Below are positions 13,191 through 22,900 of a stretch of 64,000 bases of DNA, piece after piece; position 1 is the first letter of the stretch, and the number at the start of each line of letters is the position of its first letter. The translations under genes and the position numbers were made by a program. The DNA comes from Schizochytrium sp. TIO01. Its lineage: Eukaryota > Protista > Bigyra: Labyrinthulomycetes. The stretch is from positions 248,001 to 312,000 of the forward strand of contig SMSO01000004.1 in the NCBI GenBank assembly GCA_004764695.1, given 5' to 3'. Under the pieces are notes generated by a model, which ran no database searches, was not told the DNA's origin, and was given only the letters and a program-made list of their open reading frames with translations.

Positions 13191-13722
13191 ATTGCTCTTT
13201 CTTTCTCTCTCTATCGCTCTTTGAATGAACTGGATCTGTGAACTCAATTTCCTCTCGTACGAAAACTCAAACCAAAGAATAATAATCTATGATAAAACCA
13301 AAATTCAACCCTTTATTTTCTTAATTTCTAAACCAGCCCCTTTTCAAATTCCTCTAAAGCAGCTTGCGAATCTATCCATCTCAATGAATAAAACCATTAT
13401 GTTCTTCAACCGGTTGCAGCTTTCTGCACATTTATAACCTATATTTTATTTATTTGGATGATCAATTCTTAATTTTGTGCAGCAAAGGTATGTATGACTT
13501 TTGAGAATCTGGTAGTTCTGTGATTTGGCAAGCACGCGAAATGGGAATGACTTGAGCTTATTACAGGATGTCTTGCCGTTAGGTCTTTCGACCAACAATT
13601 TTCACTCAACAACAACAACAAAAAGGCCAGCAGCCTGTAGATACTGTTTCCAGAAAATTTATAAATTGAATGGAATAATCAACGTATTAATAATACAATT
13701 TGGCTTGCGGAGGGATATGATA

Positions 13723-14376
13723 TTAAACACTTTCGTACTTGGAAAGCCGATTTTCAAGTATCCGAACATAGTCTTCAAGCTCCCCATTACGAACACGAAG
13801 CTCTGCAATCTCCCGGATCATTTTCTCCACAGCTGGAGAAACTCCAAGCTTGGGTGAGCTTATTGGTGATATATTGTGGTCGTGAAATTGTGGAATATGC
13901 GACTCCGAAGCCATATAGAGAGGGGGAGGTTGTTCCTGACGATACGGAGTTGTCCGCGAATAATATTGCGAGGCTTGTTGCTGATGCGGCATGCCATCAT
14001 AGCTTGAGAACCCTGCAGGTTGAGAATAAGACTGTGACAAAGACCTTGAAGGAAAGCCAATCGATGGATCACCCCCAAAATTTGCTACTGTAATACTTGA
14101 TCTCGTACTCTGTCCTGCAAAACGATGAGCTGCAGACGGCTCATAAAAATCTGGCTGCGATCCGCCAAAGTTTGCTGCTGTTATTTGTGATTTTGTTGCG
14201 TTTCCTGCGTACATATTATGGCCACTGCCCATGACATTATACCCACCAGCAGAAACGAGAGGGTTCTCTTGCAGGCGTTGCTGCTGTTGCATCATTTGCA
14301 TAGGCGATTGTTGCGGGCCCGCTTGCCACGAGGTCGGGTACGTAGGTGGCCCATACCCTCCACGGTTATACGCCAT
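13723..14376 (-). CDS. Hypothetical low-complexity (Q/G/S/Y-rich) protein with a duplicated AGxxTxSxITxANFGG motif and a C-terminal coiled coil
   Basis: 223-codon ORF; first ATG (MAYNRGG) at 14376; internal 30-aa-period repeat conserved at protein level; heptad-like C-terminus EKMIREIAELRVRNGELEDYVRILENRL; sits in the gene-dense block. Confidence 0.72.
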   Translation of the reverse strand: MAYNRGGYGPPTYPTSWQAGPQQSPMQMMQQQQRLQENPLVSAGGYNVMGSGHNMYAGNATKSQITAANFGGSQPDFYEPSAAHRFAGQSTRSSITVANFGGDPSIGFPSRSLSQSYSQPAGFSSYDGMPHQQQASQYYSRTTPYRQEQPPPLYMASESHIPQFHDHNISPISSPKLGVSPAVEKMIREIAELRVRNGELEDYVRILENRLSKYESV

Positions 14377-15525
14377 CCTCGGAAATATCACCAATCATGC
14401 AGTTAGCTATGCAATTCTGCAAGCTTGCTCTTTCGTGTACTCTGGTGTCCTCGCAGGCTCCACTTTCTGTACGTAATAGTGCAATAGCATAATATATGAA
14501 AGAAGAAAAAATGTCCGTTGAAGATGTTTCGACTTGGGAGTCCATTTGCCATGGCCAGTGCATAGGAAAAGATATTTCGAAAGAGTGAATGTGGAAGCCT
14601 GCGAGATACACATGCATATCATTTACGTCTTATTAGATCTAGGCAGTTAGGGGTCAGTGTTTTTCAAGTCGAATATGGGGTAAGATAGTTGCAAGCGATA
14701 AAAATCGAGCTGGGAATTACCCGCGTACTTTCCTTCTATATATTTCCTCTCTTTGTTCTGTAAAAGCCATCTATGGTTTGGTTTGTTGGTTTGTGAGACT
14801 GCTCTAACTACCTGATTCAGATAGACTAGCTAGTGCGATCTAGGTACAGTCTTGTGTTCATGATCGAAAGTTACATTCACAGTAGACTTGTTTGGCATCT
14901 TTTCTCTGCTTTCATCATTGCTATTATCTTCATGGTTGAGCGTTCTTTTCATGGAAACTTTGATATAGTTGCTTAAGTTCTGCGCACATTATGAAAAGCC
15001 AAAAAGCTTCATTTTAAAATATAAGATACCAAACTTGTTACATTTTTGCAAGTTTTGAATTGGTGAAATTTCAGCTAACACATTAACTTCAGAAATTTCT
15101 AATTGTTTAAGAAAACAAATTGATGGACTCAACCTTGTGATCTCGGAGGCACCGCCATACTTGGATCATGTTGCGCGATACTAATACACTTCGTTCAGTC
15201 CAAGTATTTCATAGATTGAAAAAAGAAAAAAAAAAGAAGCACAGATTCTCGGGAAGGAGAACATTTCGGATTACCATTTAACACTTAGAAATGGGTCGCG
15301 AGATATTCGTTTAGAAAGTTTGATAGGAAAAGCAGCTTTGAATATTCGAGCAAGTTTCAGGAATGCTATCTTCAGTGTTCCCTTGTGTAGCCCACTAAGC
15401 ATCATGTTGTGATTCTTGGAATTGGGCAATCTGACCAAAAAAAAACTTTAAAAATATAAAAATAGTGGGATCCCGAGAAGTAAGGGTCATAAATAGTGAA
15501 TCAAATCCAAATCGTCACCAAGACC

Positions 15526-18500
15526 ATGGAAGGACTTGAGTCCTTTGCGGCTGATCTTGGGTTGGCACCCACGGTTGCTTCCCATGGTGCTGAGGGCGCC
15601 TCCAGAGATGCCAGTGGGGTAAGTGAGAAAGATAGGCCTGCGGTGCGCCAAGGTAGCGATCCCGGCCACAGTGAAGGAGGCGAACAAGGAGCGCACAAAG
15701 ACGAAGAGGTTCTCTCTGAGAAAGATGACTCCGTTCAGAAGGTTCGAAGCGTCAAATCTAAGAGTATAGGGTTGTCAGGGGCCAACACACATGCCACTAA
15801 AAGTGGAATCGACCAAGGTAATATTAGAGATCATGATGGTACAAAGGGTCACGGCTTGGTTGAAAGTGATCTAAGTGATGATGAAGAACCTTTGGACCCT
15901 AGGATAGAAGCAGCGGAGCTTCGGGCGCAGTTAAAGGCTTTACAAGACGAGATCGGAGCTGCTCAAGGGGAACTGTTTCGAAAAAATGATACCCTACTTC
16001 GCCTCAGACAGCAACAAGCAAGGAGATTTTCCTCAGCTCGGAACGCAGCTCCGAAGGAAGAGGAGAAATCAGAAACACCTTACATAGCCTATCCTCCAAG
16101 CGTCTCGCGACACCCACATGCGGAAGATCAGGTCGACCCTACAGAGACCCTACTTAAAGAAGAAGCATCGTCAAGACTTAAGGGTTTTCTTCAGAAGCAG
16201 GTTCTGCCTGTTATTGCGAAAGCGTTCATAGTCAACCATCCGAACCCTACGGTGGGTGGGGGGGGTACTATAATTGATGGTTCGTCCGTGCTAGACGGTG
16301 GTTTAGGAGAAGAAGACTCTTTCCAAGCCGAAGTCCATGCTAACAAGCAAGTCTGCAGCATCAAGGTCAGGGCTGACTGTACTTTTCGGGAGCTCTTTGA
16401 GAATGTAGTCTCACACTGGGCAATCACCCCTAATGCATCCCGCCAACTTGCACTTGGAGATGCGGACGGCGCTTTTTTCCTTGATCATATGATTGTCCGA
16501 TCAACAATGCAACGCTACAATGGTACAAAGGCTCGTATTCTGCTACTTCCTCGACATTTGCGAGGAGCGGGGGATGTTCGTGTAGAAAGCCTAGAAAGTT
16601 TTGACCCTCATGCAGTAGCTGCTGAGGTGCGTCGTACTGAAGCATTGCGAGCCCTCCTGCGAAAGCACTTACTTGCACAAAGAGCACAACACACAAATTC
16701 TAACCAGTATGAAAGCTCAAGTAGTGGCTCTGATGCTATGGTTTCTCGGGATGTAGAGCAAGGTGAAATCGAACTTCGAGATCTTGGAAGCCAAGGGCAT
16801 TCAGTGCCCTTTCCAGCGACTCAAGAAGTTCCTTTATCTCCAAATAGCGAGACAGAGCATGAAAACAGACGAGTTTTCAATGATGACGACGAACATGACT
16901 ACAGCTCTGCAGACAACGATGAGTTAGACCTGATGAAGTCAGAGCTACACGGTGATAGTGACTCTGGTGAAGAAGATGCTCCGCTGAATGCGCCCATGCT
17001 TGATCCGGTGGATGAAGCTTATGTTGACCAGCAGATTCAACACATTTTCCGTTTGGAAGCTACGAATAGACGCCTGGCGGATGCCGGAGATGCTCATATT
17101 CCAAATGCTTCCTTTGCCGAGTCTCTCGGCCTGCCTCAAAAGTTACGCAGACAAACCTTCTTTAAAATTGTAGACTGCCTCGTATTTGTACCTGTGGTGA
17201 TTATGCTCCTTATTGTAGTTCTTGTTGGTTGCCAAAGATATGTCTTTTTGGCGCAATTCCAGCACATCACGAATCAATTTCGCAAATACTTTGAGCTCTA
17301 CGAACCACCATCTAGTAATATATCTCTTGATATAAACTCGGAACAACTTGTTGCATGGAGTGACGTCTCCGATCGTGAACGCCTCTACAATTGGCTAAAT
17401 TACACCCTTCCCTCGCAGGTTTTTAATGACATCAACTGTGATCAGGATGTATGTTTCCTTAACCAGTATCATCGAATTGTTAGTCAGTTACGGGTCCGGC
17501 AAATGCAAGTAGAGGGCCATCTTTGCGACTATGTATACACAACAAATTGCTATCCGTCGTACTCTACATCACGACGCAGCGAAGCTGCACTTGATTCTTC
17601 TGGCTATACCCTCAATGGCAACCTCACTTTAGGCAACCCCTTTAAATTTCAAGACGCGAGTTCAGACCTTAATTTCTATACATCCACCCGTCGGTACGGC
17701 CCTAAGGATGACCTAGACCTGCTGACTCGTTATGATGCTTCAGGGTACTTTGTTGTACCTCTTAACTCTTCTGCTTCCTGGCACACGGTTATTAGCAATC
17801 TTAAGGCAGCAGATTGGTTTAATGAAGGGAGTCGCTTGTTGGAGGTCTCATTCAACACTATCAACATCAATACTGGAGCAGCAATTACGCATTCTTTTCT
17901 TTTTCAACAGACAGAAACTGGAGCTGTCGAGCCTGTGTATGTTCCAAGTGTCAGCTCCTTACGACTTTTCTTGACCTCGTACACCAGCAAAGCAATCTCG
18001 TGGATCATCCCGCTTGCTATCGGGGGAGCTTACCTATGCCTGGCATATGTTGTGCTCGGCTACTGTTTTCGCGTGGGTCCAGATGATAGTATGCATCATC
18101 AGAGTATGTTGCACTTGCCCGCGAAGCGCGGCAATCGATGTGCACATTGTTGTACAGCTTGCCTCCGGCTCTTTTGTTGCACCAAATCTAGCCTCCGTGT
18201 CTTCCACCCTTTCTATTCAACTCTTGATTTTCTGGTGGTCATTTCTATTGTGATAGTATTTGTAGCTGACCTGATGCTCATATTTGGCGAAGAGAGCGAG
18301 ACTATAATCGATGGGTTTTTTGATGGCAAGCCATTTCAGAATTATGGCCCTTTTATCAGTGTACATCGTGTACAAGCTGATTTTCTCGCTCTTGTTGTTC
18401 TCTGTCTTGTGTTTCGCCTCGTTCGTATTGTTGCAATTTTTCAACCTGGTGACCTTATTTTCCGTGCATGGACATCTGCCTTTGCGACGTTGGCATGGAA

Positions 18501-18867
18501 CTTTCTTCTGCTATATTTGCCACTTTTGATCGCGTTTTCTACAGCATTTATGGTGATTTTTGCACCTCTGAATGCGAGCCTGGATTCCTATGCTGAAGTT
18601 CTCCACGCGTCGGTGCGTCTTCTCGTCGGCTTTCGCCTTCCTGTCGACGAAGACTCTCAGGAACCTTGGGTAATTCTGTTGACAATGACTTTTAGTCTTG
18701 TGATTGCATACTTTGCCAATATTGTCCTCACGCTCTCTCATATCCAAGGTTTTGCAAAGGCTGTAATGCAACCACCATCTACTTCACTACGTTCTATCTA
18801 CGAATGGGGTTCTGCTGTTCGGTCGATTGTACACGACTCTTCTTCTCACTCCTCTTCATCTCTTTGA
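15526..18867 (+). CDS. Polycystin (PKD2/TRPP)-like cation channel protein with a long cytoplasmic N-terminus
   Basis: 1123-codon ORF (GTG at 15496, first ATG 15526); TM1 then polycystin TOP-domain motifs (LYNWL, LRVRQMQV..C..CYPSYS, YDASGYFV, LKAADWFNEGSRLLEVSF), followed by five more hydrophobic segments including LVFRLVRIV (S4-like). Confidence 0.88.
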   Translation: MEGLESFAADLGLAPTVASHGAEGASRDASGVSEKDRPAVRQGSDPGHSEGGEQGAHKDEEVLSEKDDSVQKVRSVKSKSIGLSGANTHATKSGIDQGNIRDHDGTKGHGLVESDLSDDEEPLDPRIEAAELRAQLKALQDEIGAAQGELFRKNDTLLRLRQQQARRFSSARNAAPKEEEKSETPYIAYPPSVSRHPHAEDQVDPTETLLKEEASSRLKGFLQKQVLPVIAKAFIVNHPNPTVGGGGTIIDGSSVLDGGLGEEDSFQAEVHANKQVCSIKVRADCTFRELFENVVSHWAITPNASRQLALGDADGAFFLDHMIVRSTMQRYNGTKARILLLPRHLRGAGDVRVESLESFDPHAVAAEVRRTEALRALLRKHLLAQRAQHTNSNQYESSSSGSDAMVSRDVEQGEIELRDLGSQGHSVPFPATQEVPLSPNSETEHENRRVFNDDDEHDYSSADNDELDLMKSELHGDSDSGEEDAPLNAPMLDPVDEAYVDQQIQHIFRLEATNRRLADAGDAHIPNASFAESLGLPQKLRRQTFFKIVDCLVFVPVVIMLLIVVLVGCQRYVFLAQFQHITNQFRKYFELYEPPSSNISLDINSEQLVAWSDVSDRERLYNWLNYTLPSQVFNDINCDQDVCFLNQYHRIVSQLRVRQMQVEGHLCDYVYTTNCYPSYSTSRRSEAALDSSGYTLNGNLTLGNPFKFQDASSDLNFYTSTRRYGPKDDLDLLTRYDASGYFVVPLNSSASWHTVISNLKAADWFNEGSRLLEVSFNTININTGAAITHSFLFQQTETGAVEPVYVPSVSSLRLFLTSYTSKAISWIIPLAIGGAYLCLAYVVLGYCFRVGPDDSMHHQSMLHLPAKRGNRCAHCCTACLRLFCCTKSSLRVFHPFYSTLDFLVVISIVIVFVADLMLIFGEESETIIDGFFDGKPFQNYGPFISVHRVQADFLALVVLCLVFRLVRIVAIFQPGDLIFRAWTSAFATLAWNFLLLYLPLLIAFSTAFMVIFAPLNASLDSYAEVLHASVRLLVGFRLPVDEDSQEPWVILLTMTFSLVIAYFANIVLTLSHIQGFAKAVMQPPSTSLRSIYEWGSAVRSIVHDSSSHSSSSL

Positions 18868-19321
18868 AAATGCATAATGTACCCTATCTATTGTGAAAAT
18901 CCAGTATAAGATATAATATGACAACATCACTTTGCTATGGTATACTCACTTCAGACTTAGATATTTGCATCTTGTCAAACATTGTTCTGTTTTTGGTATA
19001 CTTTGAGTAAACTGATGCCAACATTATCGTCATTGACCCATTTTCTAATTCAGCAACGTTTAAATCTTGTCATGTATGTGATATCTATGTCACGGATGCA
19101 AAAACTTGCCTGCACTTGGATTTAGTCTCGAATTCAGTCTCGAATTCTATATAGATTATTTCATTTAGTTTATTTATTTATTTATTTTTTCAGGATGGTG
19201 TAGGTCTCACGAGACCACCCTTAAAAAGGAGGTTGCTGTTTTTTTCTTTCGTTTGCTATCATTGAGTGGATCTGAACAGGCAGATTTTTGCTAAAACATA
19301 ATCTGTGCCCTACCTCAGGTC

Positions 19322-20584
19322 ATGTCGCCTCCGAGACCTCGAGGCAGGCAACTTCTGCTGTATGACGGCACGTTATCTAGTCTCGCACAGTGTCGTGCTT
19401 TGGCCTCTGCAGTAGCTGCTAAGAACGCGGCAGCGAGCTTGCATGATGTAGCGCAGCCTGAAGATCCCCAAGACCTTGCACCTTTAGAGGCGCACGTGCC
19501 TCTTTCGAGGTTCGCAAGCATATTCCCACCATGGATGGTTGCAGTTGCGGCAGAGGTTTTGCATCGACCTTTGTTGGGCGTGAACCTGAACGGCCAAGCC
19601 GAGCAGGTTTTAGACGAGGCTGTGAGAACCAAGGTTGATACTATTATTGCGTGCGGCCGAAGAACTGCTGCGCTGAGCATTGGTATAAAACGAGCTTTGC
19701 AAGACCATGATAACTCTGAAGTCATAAATGTACAAATCTTGAACCCGAGGTTTGGGAGTTTTTTGCGTGAACGGTACTTTAACGCAGTGGTCACACCACA
19801 ACATGACAATTTGAAAGGTCGCAATGTGTTCTCTACCACTGGAGCGCTCACGTGGGTCAATCCGCAGAGCTTGGCTGTGCAGAGACAGCATGAAACATCT
19901 CATGAAACAGAGTTTCTTAGACCTGGTGCGTCAAGAAGGCTTGTGGTACTTCTTGGAGGCTCTACAGCGAGGAAGGAAATGGAGACACCAGTTATTATGG
20001 AGGCGCTATCAGACATCTTTAAGTCGCAAAAAAATAATTTCGATGAAGCTTTTGTGATTGGATCTCGACGCACCCCGGACGAAGTAGCTGGCCAGCTAAT
20101 CGCACTTGAGTCATCCCGGCAATTGGGCTCACTCCCGGTCCGCGTCTGGATGCCAACGCAAAGTTCCAGTCTTTCTACCTCCTCTTCCTCACCTTCGTCT
20201 TTCTCTCCTTCATTGAACCAAGACAAAAATCGTAGTGAAACCACTGTACGAGACATTCTTACTTTACAGACTTTCAATCCCTACCGGGCTAGTTTGGCGC
20301 GTGGTGACGCTTTTGTAGTGACGGCTGACTCTGTCTCAATAGTCTCCGATGCTTGTTCAACAGGTAAACCTGTTTTTGTCTTGCAGAAAGGTGTTGATGG
20401 AGGCGAGAAGAGTGGTAGCAATGCAAAACTATGGCGGTTTCATGACCACTTATTGCAAATGGGAATCGTCACAAACTCAATCAATGATCTGGGAAAACAG
20501 AAACCGGAAGTAGAGGGCTCTCGGATGAACGACGCTGAGGAAGCAGCTGCTTTTATCTTAGCTCAAATGTCATCACCCTTATAA
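19322..20584 (+). CDS. ELM1: Mitochondrial fission ELM1-family protein (ELM1/GtrOC1-like), 420 aa
   Basis: Family motifs: LLYDG...QCRAL, IIACGRRT, VQILNPR, VVTPQHD, VLLGGS, SRRTP, NPY...DAFVVTADSVSIVSDACSTGKPVFV. Confidence 0.9.
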   Translation: MSPPRPRGRQLLLYDGTLSSLAQCRALASAVAAKNAAASLHDVAQPEDPQDLAPLEAHVPLSRFASIFPPWMVAVAAEVLHRPLLGVNLNGQAEQVLDEAVRTKVDTIIACGRRTAALSIGIKRALQDHDNSEVINVQILNPRFGSFLRERYFNAVVTPQHDNLKGRNVFSTTGALTWVNPQSLAVQRQHETSHETEFLRPGASRRLVVLLGGSTARKEMETPVIMEALSDIFKSQKNNFDEAFVIGSRRTPDEVAGQLIALESSRQLGSLPVRVWMPTQSSSLSTSSSSPSSFSPSLNQDKNRSETTVRDILTLQTFNPYRASLARGDAFVVTADSVSIVSDACSTGKPVFVLQKGVDGGEKSGSNAKLWRFHDHLLQMGIVTNSINDLGKQKPEVEGSRMNDAEEAAAFILAQMSSPL

Positions 20585-22212
20585 TCATCTGCTTCGTTCT
20601 GAAAGTCAAGATCCAATGAAGACGCAAATGCATCAATATCGAAAGACTCTAAGTCAAGGTCGTCATCATCATGAGCCTCATCGCTTGAGTTACCATCGTC
20701 ACCGTTTTCAGTGTCAGGCTTTTTAGCGCGCGGCTTGGAGCCCGCGGCAACAGCTGCTGCCACATTTCCCTGATTATGAGATGAGAAGTCCTCATCGAGG
20801 TCTAGATTATCAAGAGCTAGATCCTCCACAAGTTTTTCAATATCATCAAGTTCGTCATCCACCATTGGCGAGCTTTCCTGAAGCTTTCCAGGAGCGATTC
20901 TCTTGGCGTCGTCCCTTTCCAAAGTTGTTTCCTTTGTCATATAAACCTCATCTTCTTCTTCTGCTCCCATATCTCCTTCATCGTCAATATGTATTGTTGC
21001 GTCTGGCTGCTTAGCCGATTCTTTTTCTTGAGATATTCTTAAACGATTTTCGGGTTGTGGAACTGGGGTGGCCTGCAAAATACCGTCCATATCATTTTCT
21101 TGTTTTCTGAAGATAAGGTCAACGAAGAAGGACAATGGAAAACGTCCATTTTCTTTGGCACCATCGATTTCTTCAGCACGTGCACGCAAGACGCCATTAT
21201 GAACAAAAGAGGTGTGAAACGCCAAGGCAAACATCGGGACAGGTCGCTGTGTATCTTCTTTAACATTATACACTCGCACAAGAACATCTCCGTCCACATC
21301 GACACCGGGATTGCTAATACTGCCCTCCGAGGACCCGGGAAAAGGTGACAGAGGCACAAGAGAAAAACACATTTCTTCCGGTGTATAGGATGGACCAGGC
21401 AGAGTCCCAGCAACTGTTTCTGTACCAAGGAAAACCTTTGCGCATGGCCGGCACACAATAGGCAGCTGAGGACCCCTGTTACTCTCATTGACATAATCTG
21501 GGATGCCATTTACAATTATACGCTCAAGCCGTTGAGGGGATGGCGCAAGACGTCCACGAGGTGCCCGATCAACCTTGGGCATGGATAATTGTTGTGCGAA
21601 GTATTCAATATATCGGCGTTGTGAAGGGACTAGAGCACGACCAGGGGCACCTAATGAATTACCTATTTTTGCAAAAACCTCAGATTGCTTGATGCCTGGC
21701 TCCACAACAAATAAGCAGCAAGCAGCAACGACAGCGCTCCTTCGGCCACTTAGGTCGTGAAGAACAGCAATATTGTTTACATCGTCCTCAAGCCAGGATA
21801 CGACCTCATCCACCAGCCGCTGCAAAATTTCCAATGAAGGAGCGGGATGAATTCCAAGATTATGCTCAACAACCTCAATATCTGCATAGTCATAGCGCTC
21901 CCCGGAAAGATTCCAAACCATTAGAGAAGATCTGGGCCCGTTCTTCATTTGAACATGAGATTTCACCTCTGCGAGCGATACACGCTGCAAAGACTTGTTT
22001 GAGTTTGGGACCTTGACATTTTGATTCTCTCCTAGAAAACCAGTCACAATCAAACGACCATCGTCCGAAATAGGGCAGATGCTCTTTCTTTTCAGCGTGC
22101 CCGGAGCAAGTTTGGCAAGTACAGGATCTTCACTCGCTGACAGGGCTATTTCATTAACCTTTTCTGAAACCTGCGTAAACATGCGCATCATGCTACTGTT
22201 AGGGTTAAGCAT
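20563..22212 (-). CDS. PTEN/tensin-type phosphatase-like domain + C2 domain protein with acidic tail (probable pseudophosphatase), 549 aa
   Basis: VWNLSGERYDY, HPAPSL, VVSWLEDDVNNIAVLH, PSQRRYIEYF; C2 motifs GDVLVRVY, MFALAFHTSFV, EIDGA...RFPLSFFVDLIF. Confidence 0.9.
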   Translation of the reverse strand: MLNPNSSMMRMFTQVSEKVNEIALSASEDPVLAKLAPGTLKRKSICPISDDGRLIVTGFLGENQNVKVPNSNKSLQRVSLAEVKSHVQMKNGPRSSLMVWNLSGERYDYADIEVVEHNLGIHPAPSLEILQRLVDEVVSWLEDDVNNIAVLHDLSGRRSAVVAACCLFVVEPGIKQSEVFAKIGNSLGAPGRALVPSQRRYIEYFAQQLSMPKVDRAPRGRLAPSPQRLERIIVNGIPDYVNESNRGPQLPIVCRPCAKVFLGTETVAGTLPGPSYTPEEMCFSLVPLSPFPGSSEGSISNPGVDVDGDVLVRVYNVKEDTQRPVPMFALAFHTSFVHNGVLRARAEEIDGAKENGRFPLSFFVDLIFRKQENDMDGILQATPVPQPENRLRISQEKESAKQPDATIHIDDEGDMGAEEEDEVYMTKETTLERDDAKRIAPGKLQESSPMVDDELDDIEKLVEDLALDNLDLDEDFSSHNQGNVAAAVAAGSKPRAKKPDTENGDDGNSSDEAHDDDDLDLESFDIDAFASSLDLDFQNEADDYKGDDI

Positions 22213-22900
22213 GTTTGAGACCTTGACTGTATCCTTGCCTTCGCTCGTTCCTTTGAATGGCTGTAGCCAATAGGCCTGAACAATTGCTCAAACTTGACGC
22301 GGTGGTCCGAGACTTGCTGCTTTCGATATAAAGGAAGGAGAAAGCTGCTGCGCGTATGGCGAAAATTGACTTTGATCCACAGCTTTCTGCTGGATTCTTT
22401 ATATCCGGCGGTTTGATACTGCTTTAGAACCTTTCGGGAGGCACCACGGCAAGGAAAGGTTTATAGAATGTAGCAAAAGGAGAGGTATTTTTTGTTTGAC
22501 AAAGTATCCTCAATTGTGACTTACTTACTGAGCACACTTCTATAGTTAAGACTAATACACCTCATAGGAGAAAAAATTGCATCTATGATTAAGCCACGAA
22601 AACTTGTTACTTACAAATGAGCAGTCTCCTTCGCATTTAGTGATGCTTAAAAGGCTTAGTTTAGGTTGCTTAAAAACTTCAACTTTGCTCTGACAGAAAA
22701 CAGCGGAATACATTTTGTTGATTAGAGTAAATTCTACATACATATTTGATTTCCCTCCAAATATGCTGTTGTTAATCACCGGTGTATATTATAACAGCTT
22801 GATGACATATAAGGACATAGGCATTTGGGGAGGGTGATAGTACTCGAGCATAGAGACTTGTGACTCATCTTGCATTCTTCATTGAGCCAAAATCCGCGTA

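Noticed and set aside
11115-13247. Antisense ORFs of 219 and 260 aa
   Set aside because: Shadows of the codon-biased TyrRS CDS
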